Below, one piece after another: positions 27,530 through 36,497 of a stretch of 64,000 nucleotides of DNA. The position numbers were made by a program, and so were the translations under genes. The notes below the pieces were generated by a model. The model worked only from the letters and a program-made list of their open reading frames with translations. It searched no databases and was not told the origin of the DNA. This DNA is from Patescibacteria group bacterium (GTDB lineage: Bacteria > Patescibacteriota > Gracilibacteria > UBA1369 > GCA-2718715), in contig CBFHYO010000019.1 in NCBI GenBank assembly GCA_965660075.1, positions 2,433 to 66,432 of the forward strand. Direction: 5' to 3'. Each line of letters starts with the position of its first letter. Within the stretch, counting starts at the first letter, position 1.

Positions 27530-28822
27530 ATGAGTGATTTAAACACAAATAGAGAACTAGTAAAGTTATTTATCAAACTAGCGAAACTATACACGTTAAG
27601 GGCAGCTAAAAATGATTTTTTTAGAGTAAGGTCATCACAAAACACAGCACAAGTAATTGAAAACATGCAAGACCCAATTGAATCATTTATAGATTTAGAA
27701 AATGAAAAATTCAAAAACAAGATAAGCGGAATAGGAAAAGCATCTGAAGATAAAATTATAGAATTTATAAAAACTCAAGAATGTGAAGAAATAAACGAAC
27801 TGTTGCAAATATACCCACAAGGACTTTTAGACATGATGGAAATAAAAGGACTTGGACCCAAAAAAGCATTTGCACTCTATGAAAAATTTGGTGTAGATAA
27901 CATAGAGAAACTCAAACAAATCTTGCAAGAGCCAGAAAAACTATCTGAATTAAGTATTAAAGAAAAAACAATTGCAAATTTAAAAGAAGCAATTCAAGAA
28001 GAGTATACAAATAAAAAAAGGCATAATATCTCGGATATTTACGATGAAATCATGCAGCTAAAAAACGAATGCCAAAAACTAGAATATGTACTCGAGGTTC
28101 ATATTGCTGGATCATTTAGAAGACTCGAAAAAACAATTGGAGATATCGATATAATAATCACTTGTGAGAAAAAGCACAGACAAGCAATAATAGATTCATA
28201 TAGTAAATTAAATACATTTAAAAAAATCATAAACTCTGGAGAAACAAAAGTAACTGCAATTCTTAAATCCTCTATTGGAGTTGATTTAAGATTAATCGAC
28301 AAAGAACAAATTGGATCCTGTCTTCAATACTTCACAGGAAACAGAGCACACAATATTAAAATTAGACAGATTGCAAAAGACAAAGGATGGAAAATAAATG
28401 AATATGGACTATTTGATGAAAATGACAACTTACTAGAATCACAAAGTGAGACAAAAATTTATGAATTACTAGACCTACAATTTGTACCACCTACTTTAAG
28501 ATCTGGTTCTCAAGAAATTGAAGATGCGCAGAATAACAATTTGAGATTCGTGACATATTCAAATTTAAAAAATGAATTAAATCTAGACAGCAAAAAACTC
28601 CCTCCTAAAATTTTTATAATCCAAACAAACAAAGAACAAGCTATAGAAAAAACCTTAACACAAGTGCATGTGCTTGGTAAAAATCCAAAGCAAAAATTTG
28701 CATTTGATAATTCAAATAAAGAACTTGGTATTCAAATTTGCCAAAAATGCAATATACAAGCAAATCAAATCCTTAATTGTATTGATGAATCAGAATTAAA
28801 CAAAACATTAGAAGAAATTTAA
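27530..28822 (+). CDS. polX: Family X DNA polymerase (Pol beta-like core) without an intact PHP domain
   Basis: 430 aa. HhH motifs (ISGIGKASEDKI, IKGLGPKKAFAL), nucleotidyltransferase motif GSFRRLEKTIGDIDIII, and LQYFTGNRAHNIKIR...INEYGLF. Confidence 0.8.
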   Translation: MSDLNTNRELVKLFIKLAKLYTLRAAKNDFFRVRSSQNTAQVIENMQDPIESFIDLENEKFKNKISGIGKASEDKIIEFIKTQECEEINELLQIYPQGLLDMMEIKGLGPKKAFALYEKFGVDNIEKLKQILQEPEKLSELSIKEKTIANLKEAIQEEYTNKKRHNISDIYDEIMQLKNECQKLEYVLEVHIAGSFRRLEKTIGDIDIIITCEKKHRQAIIDSYSKLNTFKKIINSGETKVTAILKSSIGVDLRLIDKEQIGSCLQYFTGNRAHNIKIRQIAKDKGWKINEYGLFDENDNLLESQSETKIYELLDLQFVPPTLRSGSQEIEDAQNNNLRFVTYSNLKNELNLDSKKLPPKIFIIQTNKEQAIEKTLTQVHVLGKNPKQKFAFDNSNKELGIQICQKCNIQANQILNCIDESELNKTLEEI

Positions 28823-28891
28823 GCAAGAGAATAAGTTTGTCAAAAACACAACCTTCGACATATCTTATATTCTTATAAATCCCCCTTCGCC

Positions 28892-29764
28892 ATGCTTTTT
28901 TCGTATTTAGAAAAAACAAAACAAATATGTATTATCGCACATAAAAATCCCGATCTAGACACGCTTTGTGCAGCACAAAGTTTATATAATACTATTAAAA
29001 ATTCTATAAATACGCACTTAGTATGTATCGATAAAATTCCGGCAAGATACAAAAAAATCATTGATTACAAGCAATGGAAAACAGAAATACCAGAAAAAAC
29101 AAAAAAAATAATAACATTAGATTGTAGTAATTGGGAACGAACTGGATTTGAATTAAAACCGGGATTTAATATATTAAATTTCGATCACCATAACACAAAC
29201 AGCAATTTTGGTAACTACAACTATGTTATTAAGGATGCAAGCTCAACATGTGAAATGCTCGCAGAGATAATCTTTAGATACAACATTAAACCATCAACAA
29301 AGACTGCTACACTTTTACTCAGCGGTATTTACGATGATACAGATAGCTTAAAATTACCAAACACATCATCGAACACTCTTAAAATTTGTAGAAAATTAAT
29401 TAAATGTAATGCGAACTTAAAACAGGTGATTGAAAATATACAACCAAAGTTTAAATCACTTCAATTAAAAAAAATCGGTATCATTTTAAGTCAAACATAT
29501 ATTAACAAAGCAAATGTAGCTATTTGCGTGCAAAATGGTTCTCACGCAGAAGACCACCAAGAAACAATAGTAAAATTAATTGACCAAATACCTAATACAA
29601 AATTTAGCTTACTTTTAACAAGAAATCATCAAAAACTACTTCGCGGTAGCCTTAGAAGCAATAATAGCAATACAGACGTATCTAAAATAGCTAAAAAATA
29701 TGGAGGAGGTGGACACAAAAAAGCTGCAGGATTTATCTGCAGCGAAGATTTAATTAAGTTGTAA
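28892..29764 (+). CDS. nrnA: DHH/DHHA1 phosphoesterase (NrnA-like nanoRNase/pAp phosphatase)
   Basis: 290 aa. IIAHKNPDLDTL, FDHH, DDTDS, GGGGHKKAAGF. Confidence 0.8.
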   Translation: MLFSYLEKTKQICIIAHKNPDLDTLCAAQSLYNTIKNSINTHLVCIDKIPARYKKIIDYKQWKTEIPEKTKKIITLDCSNWERTGFELKPGFNILNFDHHNTNSNFGNYNYVIKDASSTCEMLAEIIFRYNIKPSTKTATLLLSGIYDDTDSLKLPNTSSNTLKICRKLIKCNANLKQVIENIQPKFKSLQLKKIGIILSQTYINKANVAICVQNGSHAEDHQETIVKLIDQIPNTKFSLLLTRNHQKLLRGSLRSNNSNTDVSKIAKKYGGGGHKKAAGFICSEDLIKL

Positions 29765-29768
29765 AAAC

Positions 29769-30284
29769 TTAAGCTAGAAGAGATTCAATGTAGAATCCTA
29801 TACCATAAGAAATACCAGCAGCAATGGCACCAACCATCATAGTTTCAAATCCTTCATAAAACTTGTTTTTCTTTACAAAGTAACCTTTACAAAACCCTAC
29901 AAAAAACAGGGCTAAAAGTGTTAACACGCATGCTAACTTAAATGTAAATTCACCACTCAAATTTAACCAAGGTTGAATTACATAAGCACTCAATGGTACA
30001 GAACCAAGAATAATAAATGCTATAAAAGTAGACCATGCTCCAAGCAATGGTTTTACATGTTTAGCTAACTTAGGATCCTGATCTAACTCGGCTTTATCAG
30101 ACAAATACTTACTAGCTGCCATAGAAAAACCATCAGCAAAAAGATTTGCAAAACCCATAATTAAAATAATAATTACAGGCAAAGCACCACCCTCCACTGC
30201 AGAAACAACTGCAAATGTAGTTATAATTCCGTCGATCGAACCATACACAAAGTCTGGCAACCAGTTATATTCTGAATTAAACAT
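29769..30284 (-). CDS. VIT1/CCC1-family Fe/Mn transporter (minimal form)
   Basis: 171 aa. YGSIDGIITTFAVVSAV...FADGFSMAASKYLS, with a short loop where the cytoplasmic metal-binding domain normally sits. Confidence 0.65.
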   Translation of the reverse strand: MFNSEYNWLPDFVYGSIDGIITTFAVVSAVEGGALPVIIILIMGFANLFADGFSMAASKYLSDKAELDQDPKLAKHVKPLLGAWSTFIAFIILGSVPLSAYVIQPWLNLSGEFTFKLACVLTLLALFFVGFCKGYFVKKNKFYEGFETMMVGAIAAGISYGIGFYIESLLA

Positions 30285-31248
30285 TTGTCATAATTTTAAA
30301 AACCATAAAAGCAAAATATGCTATTAAAAATAGTACACCTTGATATCTTTGGAGTAAATGTTTTCGACCAACAAACATAAATAAAAACAATAATAAAGAC
30401 GCACCAATTGCAGCGTACATATCAACATTATTATTTACTGCGTCAAAAGGTAAAGGTCGAATAAGAGAAGATAAACCTAAAATCCAGAATACATTAAAAA
30501 TATTAGATCCAACAGTGTTACCAACAGCAATATCTGCATTTTGTTTTTTTGCAGCAGCATAGGAAGTTGCCAACTCTGGAAGTGATGTACCAATTGCAAC
30601 AACGGTTAAACCAATAAGAGCTTCTGTCATATTAAAGGATTTTGCAATAAAAACAGCACCATCCACAATCCATTTACCACCTAAAGCTAAACCAATCATG
30701 CCAAAAAGAACATACAGAGATGATTTTGAAACACTAAGAACTTCTACTTCTTCATCTGTAGACTCATCTATAGACTCATCTGTGTTTTTTGCAATTCCAA
30801 AACTGTAATACATAAAGATAATAAAGAAAGAAATTAAGCTTATACCATCTATTCGAGAAATTGCATTGGCACTGGCATTATCAAAAATCACATCATTTGC
30901 CATAAAAAATACTAGTACAATAGCAAGTAAACTTAGAGGTATTTCTTTCCAAACTGTATTAGATTTAACCTTTAAAGGATAAATCACAGATGCCACCCCT
31001 AGAATAAGAAGCATGTTAGCTAGATTAGAACCAAGCACATTACTAATAGCCAAATCTGAACTACCATTAAAAGATGCAAAAAGATTAACAATCAACTCAG
31101 GTGCAGATGTACCAAAAGCAACAATTGTTAAACCAATCACAAGATTAGAAATATTAAAACGCTTTGCAATAGATGCTGAACCATCAACCAAGTAGTCTGC
31201 CCCCTTGATTAATAGAACAAATCCCAAAGCAAATAATGTATAAATCAT
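30277..31248 (-). CDS. Ca2+/cation antiporter (CaCA/YrbG family)
   Basis: 323 aa. Two alpha-repeats, GTSAPELIV and GTSLPELATS. Confidence 0.85.
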   Translation of the reverse strand: MIYTLFALGFVLLIKGADYLVDGSASIAKRFNISNLVIGLTIVAFGTSAPELIVNLFASFNGSSDLAISNVLGSNLANMLLILGVASVIYPLKVKSNTVWKEIPLSLLAIVLVFFMANDVIFDNASANAISRIDGISLISFFIIFMYYSFGIAKNTDESIDESTDEEVEVLSVSKSSLYVLFGMIGLALGGKWIVDGAVFIAKSFNMTEALIGLTVVAIGTSLPELATSYAAAKKQNADIAVGNTVGSNIFNVFWILGLSSLIRPLPFDAVNNNVDMYAAIGASLLLFLFMFVGRKHLLQRYQGVLFLIAYFAFMVFKIMTNV

Positions 31249-31303
31249 ACTTTAAAATTATAAATTTGATTTAATTATAAAAGATTTATACAAATAAATA
31301 AAT

Positions 31304-32638
31304 TTATTTTTTTATACTACTAATTAACTGACTACAAAGAGCACTCACCAAAGAAGATGCATTAGAGCTTTTTGAATTAAGAAACACAGATATTTGATTC
31401 TTAAATTCATCATGGTAACGATGAAACATACTTGAAACCCTTTCATTAGTTGGGTCAAGTGCATATTGCTTAAGCCAGTAAGCAAACTCTTGAACCATAG
31501 ATCCCTTTGGTTTAATTACTTTAAAACCTCTAAAAAGAAAGTTTGATTTTAACTTTTCAGAAATAGTAGACTTACTCTCCAACACCCCCTCTACGCACTT
31601 AGACAAAAAGAAATCAACACATTCAGATGCCTGAGACCTTTCTTGATTAGTAGCTGTTGAATAAGTGGTTAAATCAATAATTTCTTTTATTAATCCAGTA
31701 ACTAAATTGGGATTGGATCCTTTTGATTGTTTAAAAAACCCTCTAACACGAGAATTACATTCCGAAACTTTAGATTGTAACAGTTTAGACTTCGCTATTG
31801 CTGATTTATCAAAACAGACATTCTTGTATGCAAATTTAAGGGCATATAAATTTCGATTTAAAATTGTAATCACATCAGTTGGGTTGGTACCTCTAAACAA
31901 CAAGTTCTTGGCAGTAGCAAATAAATCTTGTAATTCTGGAGTGTTCACAGCATAACATTTCAAAAAAGTTTCTATACAAACGCTTGCACCAGACTCAAAG
32001 TTTATGTACAAAGAGTCATTGGAAAATTGAAAAGAATCGAGTTTAAATGCAGAATTTCTAAGAACTTCAGTTGTGTCTATTCGACCATTAACTTGATTCT
32101 TGGAACTTTTAGGAAAGAAAAATGATTTTGTACGCTCCAGTAGAGACGGGGGTTTTGGTTGATTTAAATTATCTAAACGTGATTGAATCAAAGCTCTTTG
32201 CTTATTAGTAAGTTTACGAGCTGTATAAATCCTTCCTCCAGATGGAGTTATAATAGGTTCCCACCCGGGGAAATAGTCCACTCTAAAATCTGTTTTTTGT
32301 GGCTGCAAAGTACTTTCGTCAAAAGTTTCTAAAGATACATCGTTAACCAAATCGATATCTGGCAAATCCAGATATTGATAATTGTATCCTTCTTGAGCTC
32401 GAGGTTTTGATACTCTTTTTACTTGTGAACGTACCTTATCTGTAGCAGACTCGAAAACATTTTCAAGGTCAAAATAATTCTGAGCAGAAGAATCAAAAGT
32501 AGAAACGCTAGATGGCGATTCAAGATTACTTTGCTCTACATAAGTACTGTGATTGCGAGAACCAGAACGCGATCTTTGAGAAGGATTTATTGAAGATTCA
32601 ACATGACTAAGGGTATAGTCAGACAAATTAGCTATCAT
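31304..32638 (-). CDS. Hypothetical protein (ORFan, no motif recognised)
   Basis: The long ORF runs 31304-32698 with a TTG start in the track. I prefer the ATG at 32638 (MIANLSDYTL...), giving 444 aa. No TM or signal peptide. Confidence 0.5.
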   Translation of the reverse strand: MIANLSDYTLSHVESSINPSQRSRSGSRNHSTYVEQSNLESPSSVSTFDSSAQNYFDLENVFESATDKVRSQVKRVSKPRAQEGYNYQYLDLPDIDLVNDVSLETFDESTLQPQKTDFRVDYFPGWEPIITPSGGRIYTARKLTNKQRALIQSRLDNLNQPKPPSLLERTKSFFFPKSSKNQVNGRIDTTEVLRNSAFKLDSFQFSNDSLYINFESGASVCIETFLKCYAVNTPELQDLFATAKNLLFRGTNPTDVITILNRNLYALKFAYKNVCFDKSAIAKSKLLQSKVSECNSRVRGFFKQSKGSNPNLVTGLIKEIIDLTTYSTATNQERSQASECVDFFLSKCVEGVLESKSTISEKLKSNFLFRGFKVIKPKGSMVQEFAYWLKQYALDPTNERVSSMFHRYHDEFKNQISVFLNSKSSNASSLVSALCSQLISSIKK

Positions 32639-32745
32639 TTTAAAAGGGGGGTAAATATAACTATAGTATATTTTACCCACCCAAAACGGCTTTAACAAGC
32701 CATATTAAATCATTCTATTTGCAACTTGGCAATAAGATTGTAATG

Positions 32746-35700
32746 CTAAACTCCGGTTGGTACAATCGTCAAATGTGTACCGGCATAATAATTACCATTT
32801 GAAGCTTTAAAATATTTAATTATTGCCTCTTGACCATCAATCATTACTCTAAATAACTTAGAAGTTCCATCAAACTCTAACATAGATCCAGATTTTTCCC
32901 CGACAATTCTTGAACCAGATCTAACTAACTCCCCTAACTCATTACGAGCAAGTAACCGACCTTTATCTGTAACAACTTCTGCAGAAAATCCACCTAAATT
33001 ACTATTTTCAGATACAGCCATTTGAATCCCCTCACGTGTATTATCATAAATATCAGACAATGATGGAATCATATTCACATCACCATCTATCATGTTAGAT
33101 GTTAACTCAACATGAGTTCCGTCGAAAGACTGAACTAGTGAATCTACAACAACATCCAGACCACTATTAGCAAGTGGTAATTCTTGCACAACCGAATCAA
33201 CAACGCCAGAAGCATTTGCAATTGGCGTTTGCAAAACCGAAAGTGGCGTTTGCAAAACTGCGCTTACTTTTTGATTAAAAACTTCTAACATATCTGTAAC
33301 AGAAATATTAGCAAACTTTAAAAGTTCGAAAATATTTTGATTACTTGTAGCAATCTGCTCAGAAACCTGTGAAACTTCTAAAGTAGTATTTCCTATTGGT
33401 GTAGCTACAGAATTATTAGTTAAAACAGTACGAATTACATCTACATCTGGCATGTTTTCTTTGAAAATCATATACCAAGCTGCAGCACCTCCTACCATCA
33501 ACAATGGAGTTAGAATCGCTAATCTTTTTCTTGTGAACACAGCTTCTGAAGTTGCTTTCAACCTCGATTTTATATTCGAGAAGAATCCAGGTTTGTGAGT
33601 TTCTTGGGGAGTTTCTGGATTTTCTTCAACTACAGCTGAAGAATTTGAACCAAAGGAAGTTAAACGAGAAAATAAAGATGTACTAAACAATTGTGTTCCA
33701 ACCTTTTCTTCATTAATTTTTAGTTTAGCAACTTTAGATACATCAATTAATAAAGAATTAATTAAGGCAGAATCTAAATTATTAGAGGTTCTTAAGATGT
33801 TTTCTACTTTAGATAATAATTGTCTCGGAAAATATTTATCAGTCACATCTTCCCCATTTAGAATAAAGACGATTTTTTTTGTTTCATTGGACCATTTTAA
33901 ATTAACCCCAAGTTCATTACAGGTCTGATATTCTTGATCATCTTGATCACAAGTAAGATCCAAATTTAAAAACTGTTTATAAATCAATGCACGAACAGGG
34001 TCCTTATAATTAGATATATTGGCAAATAAATTTTCTATATCTGTTAGATCAATATTGTTTAAATTCAAGATAGATAATTGATTTTCAGTAGATAAATTAT
34101 TAAAACCTAATTTATTTAAAATTTTATAAAAACATGAATAAGGATCTACCGATCCTTCAACTAACAATCGATCGATCACATATTTTTTATTATCTTCAGT
34201 TAGAGATGCCGACAAACACACACGATGCAACTGTTCTAGATCCAACTTGTTAGTATTAGCCAGTAAAAAGTCTATATTTTCTTGTCTTTTTACAAAATGT
34301 TTAAAGTTTTTATTTAAAAATACTACAAATGAATCTGGAACCTGATTGTTAGCATCGAACAAGATATAACATAAATCACGAATGGTATTATTCACATCAC
34401 TACCTGTAACAGTCTTATCGAACCCATTTAATATACGAGAACAATTAACTACAAGAGCACCCCATTGAGAAGAATTTAATTTAGCAAATTTAGAAATTGA
34501 AATATTAATAAATGCAGAAGTAAAACTTTCACTCAAGTTATTATTATTTACGAATGTTGCAAGCGATTCAGTCATATCTCCATTCAAAACAACATTTAGT
34601 AAATTATCGCTAATCAATAAGTCCTCAAAGTTAGAAACTTGAGCAAAAGCTGCAATATCATCGGGTACAAAAATAATATCACAAGTAAGCTGCGCAAACT
34701 CAAAAATTGCCGCCAGTTTATTTTTATCGGATAAAAATTCCGGACTCAAAGATTTAGCTAAAAAATCAGACAAATTCTTACTAGTAAATCCTTTTGAATA
34801 AATACATTTTAGCAATTCATCGTAAAATACATCAATGTTTGGATTTTCACTTAACAAATGATCATTAGTTATTTGTAAGTTTTGTTTAAGAGTATTTATT
34901 AAAGTATCTTTTGTAGATTCAACTTGCTCGTGTTCTGATTTTAAAACAGGAATAATTGGAAGGTTCAACAACTCATTATTAAACTTATTAAGCAACATAA
35001 CTTGGGTAAATCTAGAATCAGCAAATTGAGACACTTGCGTTTTAAAAGATTCTAATAATTGATTGAATGAATCTGGTAAATCTATAAAATCGGCAAATTT
35101 AGTTTGGGATTGCACAACAATTTGACCATCTTTATTCATAACTAATCTAACTTTAACTCCAGACACATCTTGATCCAAACGCAAAGCTGCAATTTCATGT
35201 GCAGAAACGCATAAATCTGGAGTTATTAGTCTATTTTCTGAGTTTTCTTGCTTTCGGACTTGGGCGTACGAAACATTATCTTTCATACCACGAGAATAAA
35301 CTTCTTTCATTGCTTCTGGAGCGTTTGCAATTAAAGAACCAAAAACATGAGCATCCTGATTTGCCTTATCTTTAATATAAGAAGCAGAAGACTCTCTCCA
35401 TTCTGGTATATTTGAATAATCTCTCTTAAGCCGAATAATTTCCACTGGCTCTTCGGCAATGTAATTAATACCATCGGAAGCTAGTAATAGAGACTCACCC
35501 TCTTCTAAAATTACAGTTCCAAGATTTTGGGAGTCAATATGTTGTGTAGGGTTTCTTTTATCGGTGTGCTCTAAAGAAATTTCAACACCTGGTTGTAAGA
35601 AAGAATTTATAACCGACCCACTATGAATTTGTTCAAGATTTAACTTTTGAATTTGTCCATTCTCATTTTGCTTGGCAACAATCGCATCACCTATGGAAAA

Positions 35701-36438
35701 ATATATCCACTCATTAGCATCTACTTGCAATGCTAAAGCACAAGTAGCACCCGAACTATGAGATTGATCTAAAATATCAACTTGATTACGTTTGTAAGGT
35801 CCTTGGTTATTAAAAGAAATCAACACAGAATTTATAATGGTAATAAGTTCTAAAGAAGTATTAACATGAGATTCAGAAAATTTTTGTTTTAACCTATCTA
35901 AAAAAAGAGAAACAAAGACAGAACTCTTATTCGATTGGCTAATTCCATCCATAACTACAACAACTTTGTGACCATCTAGAGTTTTGAAAGAATTAACTTT
36001 GTCTTCATTTGGAATGATTTGTTCAAGCGGATTTCTAGGCGATTTGTTGCCATTAGCATTTAAAAGAGTAATTGTATAATCTTCAGTTACTTCTTCCTGA
36101 TAATAGACAGTTGAATCTACATCCAGCAACTCGTTACGTCGCATAGCATAATCAGCTTCTAAAGATTGTGAGTTTTTATACTCAAGTACTGTAGATTCTT
36201 CTAAAATAGTCAACTGAGAAACATCATCAAAATCTGGAATAGGTTGGTTCTCGGTATTAGAAACGATAGATGGCTCTTGTGATGTGTTATCATTTAAACT
36301 TACAACTTCCTCAATTGATTGGCGATTGCCGGACACCAACGAAGAAATTTTTTCAGTCATACGACCAAAAAAACTAACTTTTTTAGACTCTAAAGAACCA
36401 CTTGCTGTCTCTAGAGATTTTGATTTATGAAAGAACAT
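32746..36438 (-). CDS. Giant membrane-anchored protein with an N-terminal PP2C/PPM-like domain
   Basis: 1230 aa. PPM-like motifs in the canonical order and spacing: VVVVMDGISQS, SSGATCALALQV...FSIGDAIV, LLLASDGINYI, KDNVSYAQV. A single TM (LAILTPLLMVGGAAAWYMIF) lies about 270 aa from the C-terminus. Confidence 0.6.
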   Translation of the reverse strand: MFFHKSKSLETASGSLESKKVSFFGRMTEKISSLVSGNRQSIEEVVSLNDNTSQEPSIVSNTENQPIPDFDDVSQLTILEESTVLEYKNSQSLEADYAMRRNELLDVDSTVYYQEEVTEDYTITLLNANGNKSPRNPLEQIIPNEDKVNSFKTLDGHKVVVVMDGISQSNKSSVFVSLFLDRLKQKFSESHVNTSLELITIINSVLISFNNQGPYKRNQVDILDQSHSSGATCALALQVDANEWIYFSIGDAIVAKQNENGQIQKLNLEQIHSGSVINSFLQPGVEISLEHTDKRNPTQHIDSQNLGTVILEEGESLLLASDGINYIAEEPVEIIRLKRDYSNIPEWRESSASYIKDKANQDAHVFGSLIANAPEAMKEVYSRGMKDNVSYAQVRKQENSENRLITPDLCVSAHEIAALRLDQDVSGVKVRLVMNKDGQIVVQSQTKFADFIDLPDSFNQLLESFKTQVSQFADSRFTQVMLLNKFNNELLNLPIIPVLKSEHEQVESTKDTLINTLKQNLQITNDHLLSENPNIDVFYDELLKCIYSKGFTSKNLSDFLAKSLSPEFLSDKNKLAAIFEFAQLTCDIIFVPDDIAAFAQVSNFEDLLISDNLLNVVLNGDMTESLATFVNNNNLSESFTSAFINISISKFAKLNSSQWGALVVNCSRILNGFDKTVTGSDVNNTIRDLCYILFDANNQVPDSFVVFLNKNFKHFVKRQENIDFLLANTNKLDLEQLHRVCLSASLTEDNKKYVIDRLLVEGSVDPYSCFYKILNKLGFNNLSTENQLSILNLNNIDLTDIENLFANISNYKDPVRALIYKQFLNLDLTCDQDDQEYQTCNELGVNLKWSNETKKIVFILNGEDVTDKYFPRQLLSKVENILRTSNNLDSALINSLLIDVSKVAKLKINEEKVGTQLFSTSLFSRLTSFGSNSSAVVEENPETPQETHKPGFFSNIKSRLKATSEAVFTRKRLAILTPLLMVGGAAAWYMIFKENMPDVDVIRTVLTNNSVATPIGNTTLEVSQVSEQIATSNQNIFELLKFANISVTDMLEVFNQKVSAVLQTPLSVLQTPIANASGVVDSVVQELPLANSGLDVVVDSLVQSFDGTHVELTSNMIDGDVNMIPSLSDIYDNTREGIQMAVSENSNLGGFSAEVVTDKGRLLARNELGELVRSGSRIVGEKSGSMLEFDGTSKLFRVMIDGQEAIIKYFKASNGNYYAGTHLTIVPTGV

Positions 36439-36497
36439 GTATCTAAGTTAAAATATTAAATTGATCATACATACATTTTCCAAATTACGTCAAGGTT

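Noticed and set aside
27493-27720. 75-aa minus-strand ORF overlapping the polX start, and likewise the 62-aa ORF at 28873-29061 over the nrnA start
   Set aside because: Both overlap the 5' ends of motif-supported genes and show no motifs of their own.
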